Positions 37,121 through 47,355 are shown, counted from the first letter of the stretch. The stretch: 64,000 nt of DNA from Candidatus Poribacteria bacterium (GCA_965262955.1 CBDHGE010000001.1:208046-272045), one strand, 5' to 3'. Notes: a model not told the origin generated them from the sequence alone. Numbers and translations are program-made.

Positions 37121-38494
37121 TTAGAAGTAATAACCGAAGTTAAAATTAAGTCGCAAATTCCAAGCATTATTTCCGTTAGCACCAAAGTCCCCTGCACCAT
37201 CGTAGATATTGCCGTAGCCCTCTTTCTCGCCATCACTTGTCTGATTTCCAACAAAGGAGTTTCCATCGGAAAGCCCTACATCAGTATACACATATAGTGC
37301 CCCGAAGATTGTCCAACTTGCACCGATTGTCACAAGTGTACTGGGATTGTAGTCATCCACGGTCTTCAGGATCGTGCTCCACTCCACATAAGGCGTAACG
37401 CTGTCAATCCACGAGATACCTGAGGTACTTATACCACCATAACGAAGAGAGAGCGCGGGTATTAACCCCTCAGAAGCGATGGGCCAAGCGAAGTCGTAAG
37501 CCCCCATGGGAATTAAATCTCCAGTTCCCCACGGTGTATCGTCAGTGATATTATGCGCATAATAAGAGAATTGTGAAAAGAGCGTGAAGTCTGCGAAGGT
37601 GTTCTTCATGTGCGCGGAAAATGCGTAGTGGTTACCACTATCATCCGTTCCCACATTTGTACCCTTTAACAGTCCAAATTGCAGCGATACACCAACATCT
37701 GCAATGTTTTCAAGTGCGTAGATGGCACGCAGGTTAAATTGATGCTGTTCATCATACCCGTTTTCACCTGCACCCCATTTGACGTCCCCCTTTGCATCGG
37801 CTTTCTCTTCCCATCTGACGACGTCATAACTGTATCGTGAACTCGCCAGACTACCCCCAAATGTTTGGGGTTCACTCATTGGGTAGTAGGCCGCATCAAG
37901 CGTCAGCTTATCAAAGGTGTCAGTCCATCTGATTCCTAAATCCATATCGTCGGCAAGTCCGACATAAAAATGTTGGTCAAAAAACCAACTCGTAGAAACA
38001 CCATAGGCGGTCGGTCCGAAGGGTACCCGAACAATCCCAGCTTTAAGTGTGCTGGAATCACTTAACTTATACCCTAACCACGCCGTGTGTATCATGCTGT
38101 ACCCGTGGGTCCCTCCGAAATACCTGGGATACCACCGGTATTCAAGTCTACCAATGATGTTATTATAGTCCAAGTCGGCATTGATGCGTAAAATCTCAAG
38201 GTCAACATCTCCGATTTTTTCGCCTCGTCCTTGATCGACGTAAGTGCCATAGATGTAGTTCGCCCGCATCGCCCCGCCGATCTTTATAGGACTCTTCTTC
38301 GGTGCTGGAGCCTCAACGGCTTCCGTTGTTTCTTCGGTTGTATCAGCTATCGCAAATGCAGCAAAAAGAAATAAAACCGTAACGCTGATGCCGAAGAAGT
38401 ATTGATACTGTCGACTTTTCGTAACAAAAAAATTAAGGAAGCCTTTGTGTTTAGACACTGGATTCTCCTCCTTAGATATGGTGATACCCCTCAA
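37121..38494 (-). CDS. Outer-membrane beta-barrel protein (porin-like).
   Basis: A signal peptide is present. Amphipathic beta strands alternate and the C-terminus ends in ...NFGYYF, with a terminal aromatic residue. Confidence 0.5.
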   Translation of the reverse strand: MRGITISKEENPVSKHKGFLNFFVTKSRQYQYFFGISVTVLFLFAAFAIADTTEETTEAVEAPAPKKSPIKIGGAMRANYIYGTYVDQGRGEKIGDVDLEILRINADLDYNNIIGRLEYRWYPRYFGGTHGYSMIHTAWLGYKLSDSSTLKAGIVRVPFGPTAYGVSTSWFFDQHFYVGLADDMDLGIRWTDTFDKLTLDAAYYPMSEPQTFGGSLASSRYSYDVVRWEEKADAKGDVKWGAGENGYDEQHQFNLRAIYALENIADVGVSLQFGLLKGTNVGTDDSGNHYAFSAHMKNTFADFTLFSQFSYYAHNITDDTPWGTGDLIPMGAYDFAWPIASEGLIPALSLRYGGISTSGISWIDSVTPYVEWSTILKTVDDYNPSTLVTIGASWTIFGALYVYTDVGLSDGNSFVGNQTSDGEKEGYGNIYDGAGDFGANGNNAWNLRLNFNFGYYF

Positions 38495-38997
38495 TCTAAA
38501 ATACCACCTAAATAATGGTACCGCGGTGGGAAAAAATACTGGAACACCCCGCGAACAGTTAACATTTTAGTTTATTATACAAACCCAAGTTGCTACCTCA
38601 CCTAAGTTGCCATTCAAACGAAAAAACCGAAGCAAAACAACGAGGATTCAACTTTTAAAACCATATTAGGACAGTAATTTATAATGATTAAAGGTAGAAA
38701 TCATGATTCCTAACATACAGATAATAGCATAACCCAAAAAATAAAGGTAGAAAAAAGCAATTTTTTTACAAGGTGGCAACTTGGATTATTAATAGACAAG
38801 TAAATAATTAACAATATTGCTGTATTATGATTATAAGATTAGATTTCAACACATAGATTAAGTTAAATCTGTGTATGATTTCAAAATGAGTGGAACTTGG
38901 TACGGTATCCATGCTAAAAGATGTGAGAATAAATCCGAGTATGACGCAATATGAGAGAAAATTACCACAATTTTTAGTGGCAATTCGCGTAATAATT

Positions 38998-39041
38998 GTA
39001 GGTAAGCTCTCAAAAATTGTAGGTAAGCTCTCAAAAATTGC
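38998..39041. repeat. Two direct copies of a 22-bp unit, GTAGGTAAGCTCTCAAAAATTG, in an AT-rich intergenic region.
   Basis: Directly visible. Confidence 0.8.
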
Positions 39042-39085
39042 TGTGTATGTTAAATTTAACATTATCATACAATAAAAAAAGAAGC

Positions 39086-39126
39086 AAGAAAATAAAAAAT
39101 CGCCCACAAGTCAATTGTGGGCGATT
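39086..39126 (-). terminator. Rho-independent terminator for the lipoprotein gene 39138..41156.
   Basis: The 11-bp perfect stem ATCGCCCACAA/TTGTGGGCGAT with a 5-nt loop lies 12 nt after the stop. It is followed on the minus strand by TTTTTTATTTT. Confidence 0.6.
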
Positions 39127-39137
39127 TGGAAACGGAC

Positions 39138-41156
39138 TTATTGCATTTGTCCCATTCCCTGCATCATCATCACCATCTGGACAAGCTGTTTGAAGTCCCC
39201 AAGAGTGAGAAGCAGTTTGCCACCTATTCCACCCTCCTGGACCTTCGCAGAGTAGCTTATGCTGTAACTATCTGGCATATTCATGATCATCCCAGACAGC
39301 ATTTGTGCCATGGATGCAGCACTCGGATCCGTTCTTGCCAGAATAGGCAACACGTTTTTCATCATGAGTATGGGTGAAACCGCCACGAGCATATTGTTCT
39401 CCAACCCGAAGGTATCCACCAGTTTTCCATAATTCGGATCCTCAGAAAAGTTAGACGACATATTCCCCACTTCCGTTCTATTGTCCAAAGCCATTTTCAT
39501 TAGCCCCGGACTACCTGATGCCATAAAAAGGTAACCATCAGCAAAAGCGTAATACAAACCCAATGTCTCGGGCAGGAATATAGCAGCTTCAGGGGGCATC
39601 TCTCCTAACATGGCACCGAAATTAGGAAAAACGAAACTCTTAATCTCAACGCCTTCATGGATCTCGGACTCCCCTTGATGCACACCTTCGTACATCTTAA
39701 GAGCTGGCAAATCGCCTACTGCGTCGCGAGCGATTTCTATCGAATCCTTGAGCAGTTTTAGAAGTGATTCTTCTACATAGGTTTTCACCTTCTGCTCATC
39801 TTTCATCTCACAGACAATCAAATAATCTGGAAGAAAACTATCGCCAAAATCGGCAGTGAAAGCCCACTCATCACCGAGAGACCCATAGAAATCTTCCAAT
39901 TTTTCCCCAAACTCGTTAATTAACGCAGACTGCTCTGGGGAAGCATTTGGCGAATACATTTTTAGCCAGAGTCTACTCATCTCAATTGTAAACTTCGGTT
40001 TAATTTGAAACGAACTATTCATAAACGCCTTACTTGGAAGTGTACCGAGAAGTGCCAATTCGTTGGGTTCACTCTCTTTCAATATCTGTTGAATTTTACT
40101 ATCGCTCTTGAATTTCAGAAACGGCGCGAGTTGTACATCTGTTCCTTCCACTGCAAGCGTTGCGCTTAGAGATTTTACCTGATCAAGCAAATCCATAGCT
40201 GCCGTGACAAGAGTCTCATAGAATGGTGCCATTGACATTGCAGCCGGATCACTTTCGAGACTGTCTACTGTTGATTCCATCTCTTCCTGAAGCGAATCAC
40301 TTAAAGTAGGGGCAATAGATTCAAGATCAAAATGAACAGCGAGTTGCGCAGTTCCCTCAGCAATGTGGGTAAGGAAGGAGTTATAGCCTGGATTGGCTGC
40401 CACAGACGGTTTAGTTCCTTTATAGGCATCAATCACACTTTCACAAACTTCAGCAGACCGTGAGAAGACAAGAGTGTTTTCTATGATAGCGAAATTACCT
40501 TCCCCGTTCAGCGTACTCCAATAAGTTACACCGTTATATTGGGTTGGGGCACTTCCTTCGCTCTCCGCATCAATCACCTGTTTCATGGCTTCAGGATCCA
40601 AGAGCTGCACAGTTGCGGACAGATCAGGTGGTTCCAAGGAAGTCATGAAGATTGCAAAATCTTGGCTCAGGTCCAGCCCGATTTGCTCTAATTCTGCGAG
40701 ACTTTCAAATCCCGCCCCGAAGGTGTCTGCCAAAATTCTGGCGAGGACCTGCGGAGGATCAGCAGTTGGCATTAAGTCGGTCACCAACATGTTGATCCGA
40801 TTATCCAAGTCAGTCAAACTGGGACAATAGATAAGTCCAAGCGTATCTTTAGGAATCAGAGACAGGACACTGCCACTCGGAATATCTACGGTTGGTATTG
40901 TCTCTTCAGGTTTACTTTCGGCGTGTATTTCTTGTTCGGATGAATCGGGTTTTTCTTCCAGTACTGCCTCAGGCGAATCCGATTTATCCGCCACCTCTGC
41001 TTCGGTGGCAGGAGTGTCATCGGTCAGTTCTGGTGCCTGAATCGGTGCTGCTGCGGCATCTGGTATAGGTGTTGTTTCTTTCGCGCTACATCCGATAAAT
41101 ACAAACGTTGTCAGTAGTAGGAACGCGATGAAGGGTAAAGGCAAATATTTTTTCAT
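39138..41156 (-). CDS. Large lipoprotein of 672 aa and unknown function, with a Met/Gln-rich C-terminus.
   Basis: The signal and lipobox are FVFIGCSA. An acidic low-complexity N-terminal region follows. The C-terminus is MMMQGMGQMQ. Confidence 0.6.
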   Translation of the reverse strand: MKKYLPLPFIAFLLLTTFVFIGCSAKETTPIPDAAAAPIQAPELTDDTPATEAEVADKSDSPEAVLEEKPDSSEQEIHAESKPEETIPTVDIPSGSVLSLIPKDTLGLIYCPSLTDLDNRINMLVTDLMPTADPPQVLARILADTFGAGFESLAELEQIGLDLSQDFAIFMTSLEPPDLSATVQLLDPEAMKQVIDAESEGSAPTQYNGVTYWSTLNGEGNFAIIENTLVFSRSAEVCESVIDAYKGTKPSVAANPGYNSFLTHIAEGTAQLAVHFDLESIAPTLSDSLQEEMESTVDSLESDPAAMSMAPFYETLVTAAMDLLDQVKSLSATLAVEGTDVQLAPFLKFKSDSKIQQILKESEPNELALLGTLPSKAFMNSSFQIKPKFTIEMSRLWLKMYSPNASPEQSALINEFGEKLEDFYGSLGDEWAFTADFGDSFLPDYLIVCEMKDEQKVKTYVEESLLKLLKDSIEIARDAVGDLPALKMYEGVHQGESEIHEGVEIKSFVFPNFGAMLGEMPPEAAIFLPETLGLYYAFADGYLFMASGSPGLMKMALDNRTEVGNMSSNFSEDPNYGKLVDTFGLENNMLVAVSPILMMKNVLPILARTDPSAASMAQMLSGMIMNMPDSYSISYSAKVQEGGIGGKLLLTLGDFKQLVQMVMMMQGMGQMQ

Positions 41157-41203
41157 TCGTTCATCCTCTTATCTAATTGTGACTTCCATCGAAATTGATG
41201 GCA

Positions 41204-42292
41204 TTAATTTTGGGTTTTTGCGATTTTTTCTTCAAACGCATCTATTTCCGCGTTGGAGGTTAGCACACCGATCTCTACCTCATAGTGCCTTCTACCACCG
41301 GGTTCAATAAACTGTAGCGTGCCGCGTTCGCGCTCCTTCGCCCTACCTTCTACCCCACAGTTTGACGGTTCTAAGCCCATGACATAGGTGCCCTCACCAC
41401 ACATTTTCCATTGGACGAAGTTCGGGAATTGTGTTTTATGATAACGCACCGATACACCGATGCCTTGTCTATTATTAAAATTGCGATTTACGAGTGCAAC
41501 ATGAATGTGATTATCAACATCCGGTTCCATTTCGTGATAGAACGCCTGTTCCTGAAAATCAACGGTCGGCGGTTCGCAGAAATTATAGTTATTCAAGTCA
41601 GCGGCAGCCGTTTCATCCCGCGGTGTGACCTGTGAGGATGGAGCAAGGAGTTCACTGTTCTGAGTGAGAATCGGAAATCCAACGTTAATATGGAAAAGGT
41701 ACATGTGTGGTGAATCTTGGTATCCCAAGTTTTCAACGATATCCTCAATATGCAACGTCTTTGAACCTAATTCGGTCCAAATCCTACGGGTACGTGAAAG
41801 GTGTTCGCCCAAAGCAGCGGTCTCTTTAACTTTACCTTGCGCCCATAACATATAGCGCTGTCCTTCCCATCGACTGTCAACCCAAACGTTTTTTGCGGGG
41901 ATATTCGAGACTCTGCCATGGAGTCCCAATGCTTCATCGTCATCTTCACTCGGCACGCCAACTTGCCGCATACCACAAGTTGTCAATAAACCACCGTAGA
42001 AACCGCGTAGCCAACCAAGCTCATTTGGCTCATAATACGCGGGACTGACATCTCCTGTGCTTGAACGCCAACAGAGCGGAATGCCTTGATAGTCTGCATA
42101 AGAGATATCTAATCCGCGGCTCGGTAACACGGTAAAATTGAGGCCGCTTCCAGTCCGAAAGTCAATTGCATCAACGCCCTTCTCATTACCATCTGTCAGC
42201 TGATATATCTTGGCATGGGCGATTTGCGACACATCTCCGACGTGGCGAAGCAGCTGTATCCTGTCATACGTTGCTCCATATAAGTTTATCAA
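41204..42292 (-). CDS. Aldose-epimerase-like or DUF4432-like protein.
   Basis: The resemblance is weak. Confidence 0.3.
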   Translation of the reverse strand: MINLYGATYDRIQLLRHVGDVSQIAHAKIYQLTDGNEKGVDAIDFRTGSGLNFTVLPSRGLDISYADYQGIPLCWRSSTGDVSPAYYEPNELGWLRGFYGGLLTTCGMRQVGVPSEDDDEALGLHGRVSNIPAKNVWVDSRWEGQRYMLWAQGKVKETAALGEHLSRTRRIWTELGSKTLHIEDIVENLGYQDSPHMYLFHINVGFPILTQNSELLAPSSQVTPRDETAAADLNNYNFCEPPTVDFQEQAFYHEMEPDVDNHIHVALVNRNFNNRQGIGVSVRYHKTQFPNFVQWKMCGEGTYVMGLEPSNCGVEGRAKERERGTLQFIEPGGRRHYEVEIGVLTSNAEIDAFEEKIAKTQN

Positions 42293-42560
42293 GTTAAGGT
42301 TCTCCTTTTTCGGTGCAGCTTGGGGGTTTTGATTTAAGGGCGTTCCATCAGCCCATATTGAGAATACGAATTGAAGTTTTCTGTGTACTGAACAGAAATT
42401 ATAGCACAGATATAGAAAAATGGCAAGTTTTCCTTCTGGAATAGTAGGACATTCAGTTTCCCAATAGGCGCGTTCACTCTATTGCCATGCCACCTAATTT
42501 TCAGTTGCTCTGAACCCACTTTTGTGTTATTCTTAATAGGATGAAAAGGAACTATTAACC

Positions 42561-43196
42561 GTGTCATCTGTGCCAAATACCCGCACACGAGATGTCAACA
42601 TTAGTATCAATCCCCGGGTAAATTTAAAATTCATGATTGAAACGATAAGAAATAGAATTGAGCAGATTGTTGAACAAGCTTGTGATGCCGATACCAACAT
42701 CTTCGGTTACGACATTTGGACCCACCACATCCTACAAGTCGTTCAAAACGCAAAACAACTCGCCCCTCGCTTTGATGCCAATCCCGAAATTGTGGAATTT
42801 GCGGCGTTACTTCATGATTATGCCAGCATAAAAGACGAAGCACTCTACGCCGATCACCATATACATAGTCCGATTGAAGCAGAGAAGCTTCTCAAGCGTT
42901 TCAGCTATCCAGAAGAAAAAATAGAAGCTGTCAAGCATGCTATTGCATCACACCGAGCGAGTGTAACAGTCGAACACCGAAGTGCTGAGGGAGCATGCCT
43001 TGCCAATGCTGATGCCATGGCACACATTGAACAAACACCTTCGCTTTTATACTTGGCTTATGTTCATCATGAAATGGAAATTGATGAAGGTAGAATGTGG
43101 GTTAAGGCAAAGCTGCAACGGAGTTGGCAGAAACTACGAGAGGATGTCCAAGACATCGTTAGAGACACATACGAAGCTGCATTGAAGATACTTTGA
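42561..43196 (+). CDS. HD-domain phosphohydrolase.
   Basis: The H...HD motif appears in AALLHDYAS, with downstream His residues. The start is a GTG. Confidence 0.65.
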   Translation: MSSVPNTRTRDVNISINPRVNLKFMIETIRNRIEQIVEQACDADTNIFGYDIWTHHILQVVQNAKQLAPRFDANPEIVEFAALLHDYASIKDEALYADHHIHSPIEAEKLLKRFSYPEEKIEAVKHAIASHRASVTVEHRSAEGACLANADAMAHIEQTPSLLYLAYVHHEMEIDEGRMWVKAKLQRSWQKLREDVQDIVRDTYEAALKIL

Positions 43197-43217
43197 CCAG
43201 AGGAAATATAATTTTCA

Positions 43218-43751
43218 ATGCCTTGTGTAGACTATATGACTGCTGACATGGTTCACTGGTTCCTTGATCTTTTCGATGAACTTGGCATTACCGTCTGGAT
43301 TGACGGAGGTTGGGGTGTCGATGCGCTATTAGGTGAATGCACCCGGAAACACGCAGATCTGGACATCATGATCTCTTGGGAAGATTCAGCAATACTTACT
43401 GAGGCACTCTTCGTCCACGGTTTTGTCGATGTCTATACGGACGACCATAAGGATCGAAATTTCGTGGTGGGACACCGATTGCACGGAAAGATCGACTTTC
43501 ATGTCATCGAACTGACTGAGGATGGAGGCGCGGTCTACGGTCCCGGCGAGATTGATTGGGTCATCACTGAATCGGAGTTGAACGCTGTAGGCTCTATTGG
43601 TGGGCGGGAGGTGCACTGTCTGTCAGCAGATTATCAAGTGCGTTCACACGCTGGGTATGCGTTGAAAGATACAGATTTTGCTGATCTACGTGCATTGCAA
43701 GAAAAATTTGAGGTTGAGCTGCTCCCTGAGCAGATCAAAAAATTAATATGA
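43218..43751 (+). CDS. Nucleotidyltransferase of the aminoglycoside-2''-adenylyltransferase or lincosamide NTase-like family.
   Basis: The motif is WIDGGWGVDALLGECTRKHADLDIMIS. Confidence 0.6.
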   Translation: MPCVDYMTADMVHWFLDLFDELGITVWIDGGWGVDALLGECTRKHADLDIMISWEDSAILTEALFVHGFVDVYTDDHKDRNFVVGHRLHGKIDFHVIELTEDGGAVYGPGEIDWVITESELNAVGSIGGREVHCLSADYQVRSHAGYALKDTDFADLRALQEKFEVELLPEQIKKLI

Positions 43752-44134
43752 TTATCGTATACGGAATTAAAGAAAAGTTGAACCCAATAAAAGCAGAATT
43801 ATCGGATGTAATTCATGGGTGTATGCAGTCTGTGCTCGGTATGCCAGAGGATAAACGTGCGCACCGTTTTGTGCCTATGGATAAAGAAGATTTTTACTAT
43901 CCTGGAGGACGCACAGATGCGTATACTGTCATTGAAATCAATATGATGTCAGGTCGTCAACCAGAAACCCAAAAACGACTCATAAAAATGCTATTCAAAG
44001 AAATCGAAAGTCAACTGTCCATTTCCCCAATAGATGTTGAAATTACGATAAAAGAACAAGCTACTCACTGCTGGGGTTTCCGTGGGATAACGGGTGATGA
44101 AGCCAACGATCTGAAATACAAGGTTAAGGTTTAG
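43748..44134 (+). CDS. Small protein, possibly tautomerase-superfamily-like. It overlaps the NTase gene by 4 bp.
   Basis: Its size and N-terminal MIIVYG resemble the family. The assignment is weak. Confidence 0.3.
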   Translation: MIIVYGIKEKLNPIKAELSDVIHGCMQSVLGMPEDKRAHRFVPMDKEDFYYPGGRTDAYTVIEINMMSGRQPETQKRLIKMLFKEIESQLSISPIDVEITIKEQATHCWGFRGITGDEANDLKYKVKV

Positions 44135-44214
44135 CGAAATACTTATGCCATAGTGCGTTCTCACAGATATTCCGGTGCGGTATTTGTGTTATAGTATTTT
44201 GTTAGGAGAAAATT

Positions 44215-44235
44215 GGCGAGGTTACAAACCTCGCC
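44215..44235. terminator. Bidirectional hairpin GGCGAGGTT-aca-AACCTCGCC between two convergent genes.
   Basis: A 9-bp stem with a 3-nt loop. The minus-strand reading is followed by AATTTTCTCC. A second hairpin, GAAAACACT-gag-AGTGTTTTC, lies at about 44249-44267. Confidence 0.45.
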
Positions 44236-44264
44236 TACTAAACAGGGAAAACACTGAGTGTTTT

Positions 44265-44906
44265 CTAATGCTTCCAGAAAAGGGTAACAACTCCAGCTAT
44301 CATCAAAGCGATAGACCACAGCAGATCCAGATTAAACCACGCCTTGCGAAGTAAGGCAAGTCCTACCACCTCGTAGACGATAACCGCTACAATCCCCGTT
44401 ACAACGAAAAAACTGAGGGTGTGCACACCAACCGCGGATAATAACACTACGGCACTATCCGTCATGCTTGCTGGTGCGTGGTGCATGTGTCCTGAGTGTT
44501 CTGCAGCGGGCATCCGTAACAAAAGTGGTGCAAGCATCAAGCCTGCTCCATGTGCCGAAGCCATCAGGAACGACCAGATTGTTAAGTCCTTGAAATTAAC
44601 CCGCATCCCCACCCATCTCGGGTGTCGAGCACTGAAAAATTTGTACACGCCAAACCCAAACAGGACAACCGCACAGGCAATGCGAAGAACATCTTCCGGC
44701 AGCTGCCGTTGTGCTAAGGCGATGACGAAAACCACGACTGCGATTGAAACAGCGTGTCCAAGAGCCATTGGGAAAAGTGCCCCAATAACTGCACTTCTCC
44801 GTTTTTCCTGCATCCCTAAAGCGACTGCAAAAAGCCATCCCATCCCCGGATTAATGCCGTGATATACGCCGAGGAGGGTGTAACTTAACCATGAGACAGT
44901 ATCCAT
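44265..44906 (-). CDS. Integral membrane protein with a His-rich loop, possibly a HupE/UreJ-like metal transporter.
   Basis: About 6 transmembrane segments are predicted. The His-rich loop is EHSGHMHHAP and an HGINPGMGW motif is present. The family assignment is uncertain. Confidence 0.35.
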   Translation of the reverse strand: MDTVSWLSYTLLGVYHGINPGMGWLFAVALGMQEKRRSAVIGALFPMALGHAVSIAVVVFVIALAQRQLPEDVLRIACAVVLFGFGVYKFFSARHPRWVGMRVNFKDLTIWSFLMASAHGAGLMLAPLLLRMPAAEHSGHMHHAPASMTDSAVVLLSAVGVHTLSFFVVTGIVAVIVYEVVGLALLRKAWFNLDLLWSIALMIAGVVTLFWKH

Positions 44907-45048
44907 AAAAAATATCTTTCTACTGATAATATGAGGGTGCTACAAGATAACTTGCGCACCCTCTTCTGAAGAAAAGTAGCAATTTAAAACCGCGTTGCGG
45001 GGCATGTGCACTTACGGAACGAAGTTGAGTACCTCGCCAGCAACATGC

Positions 45049-46437
45049 TTATGGGTAACAAAAAGTATCAGATGAGCTATCGCCACCCTGCAACCGAATC
45101 TGATGGGCACGACTTTCACCGAAGTCTACAAAGAAGTCGGGATCCAATTCGAGTCCGCCATCCGAGTTAATATCCGCCTTCACCATCCACCCGTTTGCGC
45201 CATCCGGATAGAATTGGTTATCCCACGCGACATAGAGCGAATTGGTGAAGTAAAGACGTTTGCCATCGCGGCTCAATTCAACCATCTGGGGACCACCACT
45301 AACAGGTCCAGCTGCCGGATGCGGATGTGATTTTGTAATACCACCTATCTTAAGGGTACCAGTATGCTTGGGATTCAACGGATCAGATACGTCATATTGC
45401 AACATTTCACCGGTGCCCCAACAAGAAACATACAAGAACCTGTCATCCAACGAGAGGATGTGATCCGTAACAAGAGGCGGAATCATCCCGATATCCTTCA
45501 AGGCAGGTGGTAAATCATCTGGGTTTTCAGGTACCTGCGCGGGAATATCAATAATCTTTTGGATGTTCCAATCGTCTCCATCCTTGTACCATGTCCAGAT
45601 CGAACTGGATAGGTCGTTCATATTCAGGACCGCATTGACGAACCCGTGTGCCTTCGTTGGATCGTGGGCAGGACGTAACTCCAAAATCATCTGGTAGTCA
45701 TCGCCTAAATCTAAAGTCTGGATGTTCTTACGGTGTCGAATATCCCAAATATGGATTTTATGCCCGAATTTGCGAGCACCTAAGTCTTCGAGGCTAACAC
45801 CGTTTTCAATCATTGCCGGGGTGCCCCACTCACTGGTAACAGCAATGTCATAGCCCAAGTGCCACCAGAAATCGTAAGAGAGAGATTGAGGACCACGCTC
45901 TACTTCCCACTGTCCCAGAATATTGAAGTTGTAGTGATCCATGAGGAATATACCACCCGGTCCCTCTTCCGAACCGGCTGTAGCCAAAGCACTGACATAG
46001 ATCCCTTCGGGACCACAATGCACCGTATGCGGACGGGTATACCCGGATTTATCTTCAACTTCATCCGCTGTCAAGGTTTTAATGAGTTTGGGTACTTTCG
46101 GATCCTCTTTGACATCAAGGATATAGATATGAGAGCCTCGCAGTGCTGGCACAACGAGATAGCGGCGTTCTATATAAGGGTGCGGTGCGTACGGACAGAG
46201 GGCTGCACTGCATGCGTTCCAACCGAAGTGATGGATTTCGTCACGAATGCCGAGCTCCAACTTGTTAACAATCTGGCCATAGGTATCAGATGCTTTGTTG
46301 AGATCGACAACGTTCATAGTGTCAGGTTTGCCGTCATCCCGAGGCGCAGCGACATAAGCGACTTCTTCAGCAGGTGCTTCAATCGCCATCTTGGGGGAAG
46401 GATAAAAAGTCGGATCAGGTGTCCATTGTTGTAACAA
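45049..46437 (-). CDS. Selenium-binding protein SBP56 family (methanethiol oxidase-like).
   Basis: IHHFGWNACSAALCP...RRYLVVPALRGSHIYILDVKEDPKVPKL is collinear with eukaryotic and bacterial SBP56. Confidence 0.85.
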   Translation of the reverse strand: MLQQWTPDPTFYPSPKMAIEAPAEEVAYVAAPRDDGKPDTMNVVDLNKASDTYGQIVNKLELGIRDEIHHFGWNACSAALCPYAPHPYIERRYLVVPALRGSHIYILDVKEDPKVPKLIKTLTADEVEDKSGYTRPHTVHCGPEGIYVSALATAGSEEGPGGIFLMDHYNFNILGQWEVERGPQSLSYDFWWHLGYDIAVTSEWGTPAMIENGVSLEDLGARKFGHKIHIWDIRHRKNIQTLDLGDDYQMILELRPAHDPTKAHGFVNAVLNMNDLSSSIWTWYKDGDDWNIQKIIDIPAQVPENPDDLPPALKDIGMIPPLVTDHILSLDDRFLYVSCWGTGEMLQYDVSDPLNPKHTGTLKIGGITKSHPHPAAGPVSGGPQMVELSRDGKRLYFTNSLYVAWDNQFYPDGANGWMVKADINSDGGLELDPDFFVDFGESRAHQIRLQGGDSSSDTFCYP

Positions 46438-46451
46438 AGTGATTTCTCCTT

Positions 46452-47342
46452 TTAGTGTGACATATTTGCATCGTTTTGTGCACGGTCAAGCCAACCGGGC
46501 AGTTTTATATTCTCGGAAATTTTCCAAGCTGTTAAATAGAGGGATGCGGTCCAACGCACCGATTCACGCGCCCGATCATTTGTGAAATCGACCAGTGCGG
46601 GTGAGGGGTTTTTCAGATTTTTCCAGTCTTCCGCAATCGCGTAAACGCTATCAACCAGACTGAAACCTGCTTTAACCTGTTCAATTATTGCTGGCATTAA
46701 ATCTTCAACGGCTGCAACTTCTTGCCCTTTTGCGAGTTCTGCAGGATCTAATTTTAACATCTCAACCGCAGAATCGACTTTTTCATGGATGCCACGGTGT
46801 AAGCGGGTCCCGTCTTCTTGAACAATACCGTCGAAATGAATTGTTAGATGCAACGGTTGACACATATCCTGCGCATAGTGCGAAAGGAAGCCTGCATAGA
46901 GGAAACATTTGTACTGAATCATCGGATTGTCGGGCCACTTGCGATGTTCTGCGAAAGCGACAGCGAGTCGCTCTGTCCATTCTGCCAGTGCATAGGGCAG
47001 TAAGCCAACCGATCGCGGCGCAAGATCTAATTCTGCACACAACTTAATATGCGCCTCGCGCCCCTCTGGAATCGGATTGTCTTTTAGGAGCTCTACATCA
47101 ATATAGTGTTCACCGTATTCAGCCTGCCGCGCGTGCGGCGTGCCACGCTCCTTTGATATGTCCGGATCGTAAACACAATGCGCAATCATTTTTTCGGCAG
47201 ATCGAAAAAATTCAGGCATCTCCTCTGGAAGTGTTTTGACGGCTGCCTGTGTAAGGATATCGTGTCCACCTCCCCACCATGCCCACGCTGGCGTAGTGAG
47301 AAGCATCGAAAATAGAATGATGATATTATAGAAACGCTTCAT
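46452..47342 (-). CDS. Secreted zinc-dependent S1/P1 nuclease or phospholipase C superfamily protein.
   Basis: The signal peptide is followed by WWGGGHDILTQAAV, matching the family's W..GH.... N-terminus. The likely start is MKRFYNII at 47342. Confidence 0.5.
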   Translation of the reverse strand: MKRFYNIIILFSMLLTTPAWAWWGGGHDILTQAAVKTLPEEMPEFFRSAEKMIAHCVYDPDISKERGTPHARQAEYGEHYIDVELLKDNPIPEGREAHIKLCAELDLAPRSVGLLPYALAEWTERLAVAFAEHRKWPDNPMIQYKCFLYAGFLSHYAQDMCQPLHLTIHFDGIVQEDGTRLHRGIHEKVDSAVEMLKLDPAELAKGQEVAAVEDLMPAIIEQVKAGFSLVDSVYAIAEDWKNLKNPSPALVDFTNDRARESVRWTASLYLTAWKISENIKLPGWLDRAQNDANMSH

Positions 47343-47355
47343 AATTCTCCTTCTG

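Noticed and set aside
38808-39107. 99-aa ORF containing IFESLPT twice
   Set aside because: The internal duplication is simply the 22-bp DNA direct repeat. It lies in an AT-rich intergenic region and overlaps the terminator hairpin.
42334-42588. 84-aa minus-strand ORF between the epimerase-like gene and the HD gene
   Set aside because: It has no RBS or homology, and it lies in the promoter region of the plus-strand HD operon.
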